Shown here piece after piece: positions 1 to 11,147 of a DNA stretch of 32,000 nt (position 1 is the stretch's first letter; every line of letters begins with the position of its first letter). The stretch comes from Zygophlyctis sp. KS116. Its lineage: Eukaryota > Fungi > Chytridiomycota. The notes beneath the pieces are model-generated. The model searched no databases, was not told where the DNA came from, and worked only from the letters and a program-made list of their open reading frames with translations. Where the stretch lies: positions 1-32,000 of the forward strand of contig BAAFSQ010000089.1 of assembly GCA_054661495.1 (NCBI GenBank), written 5' to 3'. The position numbers and the translations under genes were made by a program.

Positions 1-257
1 GTGATTGGATTGTTGAATCTTTCCTTGATTTTGTTTTCATCACTGTTAGCGACCCATTTGACATATGCAAGAGTTGTTAAGTAACCTCCACTTCCGACTA
101 ATGCAATCCCTGCCAGGATAGTTTTGAAAGTGACTGCTCGTTTTACAAATCTCCAAGAAGCCTGATTAGGAAAAGGTTGCTGATTGGATTTATCACTAGA
201 ATAAGTTGCCAAGTTTACCTATAGAAGCCAGCTCGCTTGGTTCGGTTCCCTGACCAT
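1..257 (-). CDS. 5' part of a hypothetical single-pass membrane protein, running off the window's left edge
   Basis: Open frame from 218 to 1 (VNLATYSSDKSNQQPFPNQASWRFVKRAVTFKTILAGIALVGSGGYLTTLAYVKWVANSDENKIKERFNNPI) with one hydrophobic stretch. It is preceded by a TAG acceptor. A possible ATG at 257-255 followed by an atypical GC-rich 36-nt GT-AG intron (254-219) would complete the 5' end. Confidence 0.4.
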
Positions 258-507
258 CGCCTATGAAAAGGACGCCAGAATCGGTTCATTTTTGGCTGAG
301 AAAAGAATAAAATGCAAAATTGCCCAGAATTTGAGGGATGAGGTGTGTGTGTAAGATTTTTCCTGTGGGACCATTGGCCCTCATTTTCTGAAAATCTAAA
401 TTTTTTTTTTACTAAAATGGGGTGTACGATTTTCGCGCGTTTTAACCTTGGAGATATCGCCTAAACGCGCACACGCGGCACACACGCGAAACGCCATAAT
501 TGCTGTG

Positions 508-1885
508 ATGAAGCATCCGCCGCCAAATGCAGAGTTAATTCAAGTAAAGGAATTCAAAGACTTTTTGCCATTAGTCTTTAGTCTCGGCGATGAAAGACAT
601 GTAAGGTTTACAAAGAATACTTTTGAAGAGCATTACCCATTTGCAAACCACATTTGGGTCCAGGAAAGAGGCTGTTCAGATCGACAAGTTCCAAAATATG
701 GTACTTATCAGCAATATATATGCCGATGGTCAAATCAAAAGAGACGCGAATACAAAAAGAAGACGAATAACATAACCAAATGTACAAGGAGGGTGTTTGT
801 GATGCGAGGTTGACCATAAAGTATTATGAAGCAGAACAAGAGTATGAAATTTATCATACAAAGGGAAAGCATCAACATTCACACTCGATTGAGGAGTCTC
901 ATGCACGGAAAGTCTGTACTGGAATTTTGCAACAGGTACATGATCAATCTGCATTGGGTTACAAATCTGAACAAGTTCATAAAGTGGTCTTAAGAATGAA
1001 TGAGAATACTTATGGTGATCAATGTAAGTATTTAAATATAAACCATGCCCTTTCATCGAGACAGAGAAACTTTACCTCTATGCAGGAGTCCGACCGACCT
1101 AAAGATGATATACAACATGATATCGGAGATGCTTTAAGATATCTTGATACTATTGTGGTGGATGAAAACAAAGAAAATACATATTCTTATCGTTATTATG
1201 TCAGAGCAAATATTTTTGTCTTTGCAAATACCATTCAGTTGGGGTTATTAGCTAAACAGGGCAATATATTCTTGATGGATTCCACGCATGACCTGAATCA
1301 TTGGAAATGGTATTTCTTTACAATATACATCCGAGATAAATCCGGTCAATGGTTTCCTGGTGGTCATTTTTTTACTACAGAACAGAGTGCAAATGTTATT
1401 GCTGAAGGCTTGACGAAATTGAAAGACTTTGTTAAGGAACAATGTAAAGAGAGGCCATGGGAACCACGCTATTGTGTTATCGATCAAAGTTCAGCAGAAG
1501 AACGTGCATTAAATATCGCATTCCCAGGTATGAATACTTCAGATCATATTCATAGGTCTTAAAAAAGGAGAACAAGAATTATCGATATTGTATTGTAGAT
1601 TACATGTTTGCCGCACATTACTCAAAGCTCCTGTTAATAAATGTGTTCAAAGCCTCATGATTAATGCATACTATGCAAAAACTAAATTGACATTCGATGA
1701 TTTTATAAAGAAAGCTTACAAAGAGGCCAAAAATAACCAAGAAAGATCATATGTTAAAAAGTATATGCGCAATAGTGAAAAATGGGGATTATATAGACGA
1801 ACTCATTCACCTCTTCTTTTGCAAATCAAAACCACAAATGCTATTGAGTCTTATCATGCACAGATAAAGATGAGGTGTGAAAAAA
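508..1885 (+). mobile_element. MULE (Mutator-like) DDE transposase, frameshifted and 3'-truncated
   Basis: FAR1/WRKY-like finger (YICRW...CDARLTIK...HQHSH) split by a frameshift at ~771-790. Catalytic motifs FLMDSTH, CVIDQSSAE, CRLH (CxxH) and TTNAIESYH are present. A 28-nt intron at 1528-1555 joins ORFs 780 and 1588 (FPG|LKKGEQELSILYCRLH). Similarity ends shortly after the catalytic E. Confidence 0.8.
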
Positions 1886-1889
1886 CGGA

Positions 1890-2740
1890 TAGTTTTCAAT
1901 ACAGTATCTCAAAGTTCAAGATCAGTATATCTACTTGCCAATTGCAGATTTCTGCTATGGATCTGGATGAATAAATCCCATCTCTTGACCGATGAATTTC
2001 ATCGACACGCTGCTTTATTAAATGATCCCTCTGACAAAGAAAAAATCAGTTTTATTAAAGAATTTATTGCCAATGCACCTCATAATCCACCCCTTCGCTT
2101 TGAATCATTAACAGCGATTGATTTCATGGCGTGGATTGTTTCTTTGCGCAAGAAAGATGGCTCAACACTCGGTTATAATGCCCAAAATACAAATAGATCG
2201 GCTTTGTTTAATCTATTTCGTGACTACAGAAAGACTATGTCCGAGGAATTGTCGCGTGAAATAAAAAATACTTTTATTGGCTTAAAGAGGAAAATTGCCA
2301 TTAATCAACAAAATGGGAATGGATCTATTAAAGTGGGCAAATCACCATTGGCTTTAACCCTTTCCTGATTGTACTGTAGTTGAAATTTGGAAATTATGGA
2401 ATTGTGGAGACCCTTCTAATAATATCACATCATACAAGTATTTACAGCCAATTGATATGCCTTCTTCTAATTGTAAAAAGCGGCTCAGCGATTTAAAATT
2501 CTTAATGGAGAAAATTATTTCAAAGGCAAGATATCTCAATATATATTCTGATCGTCTTGATGAATTGGGGCAACAAGGGTATTTACTCAATGTCAAGACG
2601 TGATCGAGATTGAATTGTTGTTAGGAAATCAACGCAGAAGACGCTGTGCCCAACTTTCTTGGAGAACAGTTGTGAACGAGTTAAGAAACGAGGTTCTCGG
2701 ACATGAAATACTCAGGAAAGTGAACAATAAAATTTTTTAA
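1890..2740 (+). mobile_element. Internally deleted Crypton-like (tyrosine-recombinase transposon) remnant
   Basis: N-terminal core-binding-like segment (SRSVY...RFLLWIW...DFMAWIVSLRKKDG...RSALFNLFRDY...FIGLKR...KVGKSPL). It is joined at ~2355 directly to a C-terminal segment missed by the ORF track (FPDCTVVEIWKLWNCGDPSNNITSYKYLQPIDMPSSNCKKRLSDLKFLM...; then in another frame RRRRCAQLSWRTVVNELR). The R-H-R-Y catalytic domain is absent. Confidence 0.6.
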
Positions 2741-2793
2741 AATTTTATCCCACGTACGTCCCACAAATTCCGCCTAAGAATAATTTTCCTCAT

Positions 2794-4332
2794 TTTGGGA
2801 ATGCTGGCGTTGTAGAAACACTTTTTCGAACTGCACTAAGTAAGGCGGCAATTAGACCAGGTTCTAAAGAAGAAAACGGGTCAATATTAATTCTGCCAGA
2901 GGATTTAGATATTAATCTAGGGGATTATGTTGATAATAGTGATCCTTTTGAACCTTTAACGCAACTTTATCGCATGGATTCTGTGCGCACTAGCTTAGAA
3001 AGACTAAAGAATTCTTTTGAAATCGCTCTTCTGGAAGGATCGGAAATACCTAATATTGGTCATTTTATTTTCCGTGGTTCTCCTGGTACTGGAAAAACTA
3101 CAGTTGCGCGGGTAATGGCACAAATTCTTTTCCAGCTAAAACTGATTGGCTCTAAAAAAGTTGTCGAGACGACTGCCTTAGATATGACTGCTGAGTATGT
3201 CGGCCATTCAAAAGTCAAAGTCCATGAAAGATTGAAGGAGGCACAGGGCGGTATTCTGTTCATTGACGAAGCATATGCTTTAGGGAAAAATGTTTTTGGC
3301 CAAGAGGTGGTTGAAACGCTAGTAGCTGCATTGACCAGTAATGATTATAAAAGCATTGTTGTAATTTTGGCTGGATATCCAGGTGATATGAATAAGATGC
3401 TTGATTCGAATGGGGGTCTTAAAAGCCGCTTCACGAGGTTTATTGATTTTGAAGATTGGCTTGTTTCTGATTGCTTGCAGTATATTACTGATAATTCTAT
3501 CCAAGAAAACTTCTTATTTGAGGACGGGGTCTGTGATATTTTAAAGACAGAGTTCGAAAAGCTAATAAAACTCCCTGGATGGGGTAACGGTCGGGACGCT
3601 CGAAAAGTTTGGGAAGAACTTCTTGCCAACCGTAGTACTCGGATTCGCGATCAAAAGTTTGATGGTTTAAAGAAAATATCATTACTTGATGCAAAAGCTG
3701 CAATGGATTTATTCATTCAAGCAAGAATACCGCCAAACTCAAAGTGCTTATCTCAAACTGATTATATGTTTCAGCAACCGGTAATGGAAGATAACCCACC
3801 CGATAAACTTGCGGCTGATTATGATGTAAGTTTTTCATAAAGTAACATATTTAGTTCACGATCGATTCTAAACACAAAATGACGTGATTTTACTAAATGA
3901 TGATTTTGAAGAAGAATCTGATCATTCATCAGATGATACTGATGTTGATGCGCTAGAGAAATTCTTTTCAGAATGCATTGTATTTTTTATATTTATAACT
4001 GATAGACCGCTGTGGACCGTGATACCACTGTTAGCGATGAAATCTGGGATGAACTCCAAAATAAGAAGCGCATTTACCAGGCTGAAATAAAGCAAATTAA
4101 GCAAACTACTGATCAGCAGGGCGACCAGAAAGTAAAGAAAGGGGAAAAGGATGTTTTAAAAACTAAAACATCCAAAACGATTAAAAAAATGGTCAATATT
4201 CAGGATAAAATCAAAAAAATTGGAAAATGCAGCCAGGGATATATTTGGTTACAGGTAGGCGGTGGTTGGAGATGTGCAGGAGGTAGTCATTTTGTCTCTG
4301 ATGCTGAACTAAGAGATCGCTATTCAGAATAA
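2794..4332 (+). pseudogene. 5'-truncated CbxX/CfxQ-type AAA+ ATPase (C-terminal part of the fungal NFX1-type/multi-AAA family)
   Basis: Walker A GSPGTGKT, Walker B ILFIDEAY, GLKSRF and WGNGRD. Upstream of the ORF-track ATG the frame reads FGNAGVVE...ILPEDL, the tail of a preceding AAA module, with no start codon. Family C-terminal motifs RDTTVSDEIWDELQ and GKCSQGYIWLQVGGGWRCAGGSHFVSD are present. Introns at 3826-3854 and 3980-4005; apparent 1-nt frameshift at ~3876-3883. Confidence 0.7.
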
Positions 4333-4426
4333 ATATATTTTTCTTGAACGAATTAAATTTATAAACTCCCAAAAAACAGAAAATACAATAAAAAAGCCTG
4401 ATAAAATCTTGTATTAATCAGCAAAA

Positions 4427-5576
4427 TTAATTATCAAGAGTAAGGCCAGAATCAGATTTCTCCATTTTCTCTGGTTTAGCAGTCAAAATCCCTTTTCTGC
4501 CAGATTTATGAGCCTCATAAGTTCTTCCTAGTCGAGACTGAGGGCCTAATTGAGGATTCAGAATAAAGTCAAACAAAAGTTTAGTCCATGAAGAATGAAA
4601 AGCTAGAGGATCATAGTATTCTGAAGCAATCTCCTTTACTTTTTGAATTCTTGACCAAGGTACCTATAAAATCAAAATTTAATGAATTATACTTTTGTAA
4701 AATCATGATGTTCATTATGAAGTCCAATATTCAAATAAAGGTAATTCATTTTTCCATAATATGAGTAAGTCTCTTGACCATCTGTAATCGTAAAATGTTC
4801 CTGAATAAAATGCATTGCTGACGGATGTAATCCATAACCAAACCATAATGAACAAAAAACATATAAAAGTCCTCTTGGACCACAAACATTATAGATTAGT
4901 ACATCACAAACAATAGTAAAAACTAAATTAATAATTTCCCAGGTAGAAGGAACCTATTTTTTAGAATTTTCTTCATTTTCTCTACCTTTTGCATAGCAAG
5001 ACCCCGAACAACATACATCAATGGATAAAAGAACAAAAAGAGTAATTTTTTAAAAGAAGATCCCTTTACCATTTCAATTTCCCATTTTAAAGGAAGATCA
5101 GGATCTTTCCCTTCAACACCTTGAAACGCATGATGCTCCAAGTGATAACGACGAAAAGAACAAGCAATAGGAAATGGAATACAGATATTAGCGACAAGCC
5201 CAATTATTCTATTTACTAGTTGTGAGGAATGTACTAGACCATGAGCAGCCTCGTGAATTAAAACGCCATAAAGTTGAGTTATTGTTCCACCAAAAACGTA
5301 TGAAGTTAACAAAAGCCAAAATAAAGAGTCCGACACTCTACCAAAATAGTAAGCAACCGCCAACTGGACAATAGTAGACACAATAGTTATCGGAATAGAT
5401 TTTGTTTCAACGCCATACAATTCCTTAATTTCTGGATGTTTCTCCAAGATATTGAGTCGACGCTTAACATGGGGTTCATCCAGATCATCTTGAGCAATGT
5501 CATTGTGAATTCCAGGGATGGACCTCTTCCATGTCCCTAGATACTGAGGAAATCGACCGTCAAATTTTGAAATCAT
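4427..5576 (-). CDS. DES1: Sphingolipid (dihydroceramide) delta-4 desaturase
   Basis: EPHVKRRLNILEKHPEIKELYG N-terminal motif; His boxes HEAAH, HLEHH and HNEHHDF; HPSAMHFIQEH and QETYSYYG. Introns 4985-4954 (32 nt) and 4692-4664 (29 nt); stop TAA at 4429-4427. Confidence 0.92.
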
Positions 5577-5717
5577 TTTTGCGATTTCTCCTTGACCTGG
5601 CCACTGACTCGCGCTTTTGGATCTGAAAGGGGATTTCGATCAGACACATTCCAGGACATCAAGTTTTATTTTACAAATTTTACAAATGCTAAACTTAAAA
5701 ACGTAAACAAACAAAAC

Positions 5718-7001
5718 ATGAACAGACTCGTCAAGAGATTCATATCTCAGTCATTTCTTACTTTAGAATCAAAAAGACTGATCAATGTCAAATTCAATTC
5801 TCAAAGTGATTCAGTGGTAAAGGTTAGGTTTGACGATGGAAGCGAATCTAGTTTTCATGGAATTTGGTTAAGAGATCATTGCAAATGCATTCATTGTCAT
5901 CATCCAGCTACTAAACAGAGGCTTTTAGATACATCAAATATTCCAGTCGATATAAAACCAATATCTGCCAAAATTCATGATAACACCCTGAAATTAAGTT
6001 GGTCGGACGGACATGAATCAAATTTTGATTCGTTATGGTTGCATCATAATTCATATTATCCTAGGATCTATAAAGAAGAGAAAAAGTATTTTTATTATTG
6101 TTAAAATTTATAGATTATTAAAGTTTTGGGGAAAAGATCTTGTCTTACCGATCGTGTCTTACTCTGATGTTATGGATGAAAACGATACTGGTCTTGCGAA
6201 ATGGCTTAATAATATTGTAAAATAAATTATATTTAATTAAAAGGAAACTGTAGGGATTGGTGCTGTTGATGGTGTTCCTCTTCATCCTGCAGTATAATTT
6301 TATAAAAACTGACAAAATAGGAGACTGAAAGGCTGGCAAGAAGGATCGCATTCATAAAAGAAACTCATTATGGAGGATTTTATGATTTTACTTCAAATTT
6401 AGAGCATGGAGACACTGCTTATACAAATTTATCTTTATCAGCACATACAGACACCACATATTATACTGAACCAATGGGACTACAAGGATTTCATCTTCTT
6501 CATCATCATGGAGAAGGAGGAGAAAGTTTATTTGTAGATGGATTTAATGCTGCTAAACGGCTATTAGATGAATATCCTTGGGCGTATCAAATCCTTTCTA
6601 CTCAAAGAATTTCAGCTCATTCAATTGGTGATTCAAAAGTTTATATGAAACATACACCATCATCTGGTTTTCCTATATTGAATCTTGATCCACTAAGCAA
6701 GGAACTTTATCAGATTAGATTTAATAACAATGATCGTTCTCCTCTACTTCCCCAGTCTCCAAAGAGTGTAATTTTATTTTACAAGGCACTAGGAGAATGG
6801 ATTAAACTCTTGAAATCTCCAGAATTTGAACTTAAAACTAAACTTTTTCCTGGACGATTTGTAATGTTTAACAATTGGAGAGTGTTACATGGACGGTCTG
6901 CCTTTACAGGAAGTAGAAGATTGATTGGATGTTATATCGGAATGGATGACTTCAAAAGTCGACTCAGAATACTAAATAACACATCAAAGTCCAACATTTA
7001 G
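5718..7001 (+). CDS. TMLHE: Trimethyllysine dioxygenase (Fe/2OG, carnitine biosynthesis), with a mitochondrial-presequence-like N-terminus
   Basis: N-terminal WLRDHCKC..C.HP.TKQR and WSDGHES motifs; IKETHYG, DTAYTN, HTDTTYY (HxD), RFNNNDR and NWRVLHGRSAF. Introns 6086-6113, 6217-6243 and 6292-6320. Confidence 0.85.
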
Positions 7002-7027
7002 AAAAGATTTTAGATTGAATCGAATAT

Positions 7028-7356
7028 TTAAGCCTCTGTCAATTCTCGTACTAACATTAAATAAAGTAAATTACATCTTCGCACAGCAGATCTCACAGTA
7101 GCAGCGGCAGTAGTGCCAACAGTCCATGCACCACCAGCCATTGTCTTTCTGCATCCACGACATTTCCAGATCCCTACGGCAGATCTCTTGACTGAATCTT
7201 TTCCACAAAAAGTGCAAGTGTAAGTGGCATGCTGGGTGATTTCCATTTTTTTAACTTGTTTACGGAGAGATGCACCATATCTTGTACCATATTTACCAGT
7301 CACTCCAACCTTCTTTGTTCGTTTCTAATCATTATCATCACTACACTTACAGCCAT
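7028..7356 (-). CDS. RPL43: 60S ribosomal protein eL43 (L37a)
   Basis: MA|[40 protein letters not shown]...GIWKC..C...AGGAW. Introns 7350-7325 (26 nt) and 7074-7051 (24 nt). Confidence 0.97.
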
Positions 7357-7457
7357 ATATTTTTTTTCTTAACCTATAAAGAGATTTTGGTTCAGGAATA
7401 TAGCGCCACAGCGCAAACTCTTGCCCATGACATAGGCCCTGTGCCGCTAAAGATCCA

Positions 7458-10400
7458 ATGCCTCCAAAGAGTCGGATATCCAATCTGCTCAACAATTTTG
7501 ATTTTACAGTCGATGATGATCCAAACGAATCATTTGAAAACAGTCAGGGAGAGAATGCATTAAATGCCTTACTGTCGAGATCTAAAAAGAAGGATCAAGT
7601 AAGACTCCAAGAATTAACAGCCAGCGCAATTTAGAAAGTATAGCATCATCAAGTCAATCAATATCATCCCCTTCTCTAGATCAATCATCAAACTATCCAC
7701 ATGAACGACCAGCCATTGCTCCTAGGTCCACTTCCCAACGTCAAATCAATACTTCATCAGCATCTCCAAAAGAGCAAAAGTCTACAAGTCCAGGCCTTAT
7801 TCTTAGAAATATTCTTAATCCAGGCTCTAGAAAATCCAAACAATCACAACAAAGGTCGGCAGATGAAGAGTCTCTGCCTTCGTCCCAATCTCCAATTTCT
7901 CAAAGAGGGCCTTCAGCATTTGAAAAGCGGTCAGAAGAGAATGAAAAGTTGGAATTTAATCCAAATTTATCAAGTCGGAGGCCATCTGAAGAACAAGGGC
8001 AAAGATCTCGATCGGTTGGTAGACGGACATTTGATTATTCTAATCTCACTGCAAGTCTAAGAAAAATGTCTTTTTTTCCATTGTTTGCTCCTTCATCAGG
8101 AACAGATCAGAAATGGCTACCTGAACATGATTGGTATGCTTATGATATAATGCTCGAAGATTGTTTGCAAGATTCTAAAGCTTTTAGCATGCTTGCTTGG
8201 AATACATACGAAGAAAAGAAAGATTCTGTTATAAAAGTTAGATCGCAAGTTCAAAAAATTCAAAATACCCTCATTTCAACTCCTACTGAAGAGGGTATGG
8301 TTTTAATGATTCAGACTTTGTATTATTATAGGGATTTGGAATTGATTATTGTAAAGAATTTGGCCTCGGTTTTAGCATATAAAGTCATATCATATGAATC
8401 AAGTCTTAAGAATCTTGATTCTGAATTATCTTCTATAAAGTTCTTACTAAAAGATAAAGAAAATTTAATAGGAAAAATGGAAAAAAGGGCTCGTGAAAAA
8501 GAGTCAATCATATTAGATCTTGAAAAAAAGATTCATTCAACGAAAAAAGCTGCTTCAGACTCGGACACTGATGTTGAAGAAGATGTATCATGGAAAAAGA
8601 AGGCTAATAATGGATTCGTAATTTCAGACAGAGATGTACTGACATTGGCATCTATTCTACAGTCTCTAGATCCTAGTTTACCACATCCCACACCTTCAAA
8701 CTTGATTTCTTCTCTGTCTAAATTACAATCAGGCAATTCTTCGACATATTCAAATGTCGAAAAAGATAAATATAAGGATAAATACGAAGCCCTTGAGGCA
8801 AAATATAGTTCTAAGCAAGGGGAAGTAGAAAAATATCGGGAAGAAGCTAAAAAATGGAAGCATCGTTTTGAACGAAAACACTCTCATAATAATGAAACGA
8901 ATGGCGACAAAATTAATTATAATGAGAAATACCAAGCTCTTGAGGCAAAGTATACTTCAAAAACAGAAGAATTAGAAAAATATCAAGAGGAAGCAAAACA
9001 ATGGAAACGACGTTATGAAGAATCTGACGCAAAGAACTCTCAAATCAATGACCTAAGTCAAAATCAGTCAAATGATCTCAAAGAATTAAAAGCAACTCTT
9101 CGTCGTGAAGCGGAGCAAGAAATAAGCGCAATATCAGAGCAGGCAGATCGGGAAATGAAAGACATGCAAGAATCATTTAATCTTAGACTGCGTGAGACAG
9201 AAACTGGCTCTAGAAAACAAATCGATGATCTGAAAAAGAAGCTCGACACACAAGAGCGAGAGATACGGACATTGAAACTTGAAAGTACTGAATCTTTGAG
9301 AAAAAATCAATCTGTTGCGAACTCTCAAATGGACAAACTTCAAATAGAACTTGAGAGAGAATATCAAGAACAAATTGACGAATTAGAAAATAGACTGGAG
9401 CAGTCGGGATTAGAAGCTTCTAAAACACTTGAAAAAGAATTGGAGAAGCTGAGGGAAGCACATGAGATGGAGCTATCTTCACTTTCAAGACGCCATAAGA
9501 AAGATCTTGAGAAAGCTCAACATGATGGAATTATAGCCAAGATTGATACCCAGAATCTGTTAGATGAAGCACAAGCCACAATCGAAAGAATCAAAGAGGA
9601 AGCGTTTAAAGAAAAGGAAGAGAATGATCGTGAATTTGAATCTCTTACCAAAAAAATTAACCATCTGACAGATGAGAATCATAATTTATCACTAAGCGTT
9701 CAACAAGTCGATACTAAATATATTAGGCAGATTGAACAATTAGAGTCTCAGGTATCAATTTTAGAGTCTGAAAATTCAAATTTAAGAGGAATGGTCGATA
9801 TTGAGAAAGGAAGTTCAGATACTTTGAAGCAAGACATTAGAGACAAGGAAACATATATTTCAGAATTAGGAAAATCTGTTTTGGAATATCAAAAATTGAT
9901 GAAAGAATTTGAAGAAGTTGAAAATCGCTATAAAGCAGAACTCCAGAAAAAAAATGAACATATTGCCAGTCTAGAGGGAACAATTCAGAAAGAAAAAGAA
10001 TCATCAAACCAAGGATTACTGGCTCAATTAGAGGCTAAAGACGAAGCATTAGATCAATTGGATAGGATAAAGAGAAGGCTTGAGGCTACTGAACAAGATT
10101 TAAAGCGTTCTAAATCCTTTACAGATGAGAAGGAAACAGAGATTATTGATTTGAAAAAACTAGTTAGATCTCAAAACAAGCAATTGGAAACAGCACTTGG
10201 AGGCCCTGTAGCCAGTACTCCTAAACATAGTAAAGATGATTTGGAATCCAAGGTTGAAGTGTTGACTTCTCAAATATCTAGTCTAAAACGCCAGCTCGAG
10301 TATAAAGAAAAGGAAAGTTTTGAAGTTCGAATGGAAGCAGCAGAAGCATTTCAAAAAGCTTCAGATTTGGATAAAGCCAAGGAAGAAATCAATCGACTAA

Positions 10401-10552
10401 ACTCTGAAATGGACAAGATTTCATTGATGTTAATTGAGCTCAAATCTGCCAAAGTACAACTCTTAGAGAGAGTAGATAATGCCGAACATCGTGAAAACCT
10501 TCTCAAAAATGAGTTATCTCTATTAAAAGCAGAACTTGAAAGAAAACGTTAA
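7458..10552 (+). CDS. ~1,022-aa coiled-coil protein with a Uds1 (up-regulated during septation)-like domain
   Basis: ATG 7458 plus a 26-nt intron (7599-7624) joins in frame to the 867-aa ORF. Ser-rich N-terminus; YDIMLEDCLQDSKAFSMLAWNTYEEKK resembles the Uds1 'LLxETAxxDSxxFEILSxEEVEELKK' motif; long heptad region follows. Confidence 0.6.
8770..9020 (+). repeat. Internal coding duplication, 147-nt (49-aa) period
   Basis: aatacgaagcccttgaggcaaaatat (8781) vs aataccaagctcttgaggcaaagtat (8928). Protein: KYEALEAKYSSKQGEVEKYREEAKKWKHRFE vs KYQALEAKYTSKTEELEKYQEEAKQWKRRYE. Confidence 0.85.
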
Positions 10553-10555
10553 CTA

Positions 10556-11052
10556 TTATTTTCTAATTAATAAATAAAGAGAATCACCAACATTCATCTC
10601 TTGTAAATGTCGATGATCACCCGCAATACACATGAGCAAACCCCCAAAAGAGGCATAAACAGCACTAATTTTTTAAAAAAATGAAAACATACACTAGTGA
10701 TCCCTTTGAATCATCGTATTTGTACACTTTGCCATACATTACGTAATCATAACTAGACTTTATAAATGTAAACTTACTCATCAGCCAATGACTTGACACC
10801 GGGCAGATCCCTCCATGGTTCATTCATAAGGCTCTCTGAGACTGAAGCCTCTGTTGATAACGATGATGCAAGGACTAGAGTGAATTTTTCAGTGACAGTC
10901 ATGGGGAAGATTTCAGTATTAATATCAAGAGTTAATTCCATGGCCATGTTTTCTGAATTTCCTAACACCCGCGATACTTTATCAAACTTTTTCCCATATG
11001 GATCTATATCAGAGACTTCAAAAATATCTTGGAACAAAATGTTTTTCTTCAT
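10556..11052 (-). CDS. RPB8: RNA polymerase I/II/III shared subunit RPABC3
   Basis: ILFQDIFEV...GKKFDKVSR...LTLDINTEIFP...SLADDYDYVMYGKVYK...VYASFGGLLM. Introns 10777-10753 and 10692-10665; stop at 10558-10556. Confidence 0.96.
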
Positions 11053-11147
11053 TTTTTCAAGTGCAAGTAGGAGGTCTAGGCCTCTTTCATCTCTTTCATC
11101 TGTAATCTTTAGCTTTGTAGATCTCTAAATATAAATAAAATTCATCT

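Noticed and set aside
448-507. ORF-track near-cognate starts (448, 5592, 7949, 29630)
   Set aside because: These are TTG/GTG-type starts from a prokaryotic-style caller. ATGs at 508, 5718, 7458 and 29594 fit better.
751-790. Programmed -1 frameshift in the MULE transposase at tacaaaaag
   Set aside because: It has only five A's, and the downstream frame has a TAA at 768-770 after that site, so the shift must occur at 771 or later. A simple indel is more likely.
364-2765. TGTGGGAC (364) and GTCCCACA (2758) as terminal inverted repeats of one composite element
   Set aside because: The match is only 8 bp, does not extend, and has no flanking target-site duplication.
8326-9373. Short antisense and alternate-frame ORFs here and across the window (e.g. 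10793-11128, 12310-12570, 7701-8060)
   Set aside because: They are shadows of real coding exons, with no motifs and compositions expected from the opposite strand.
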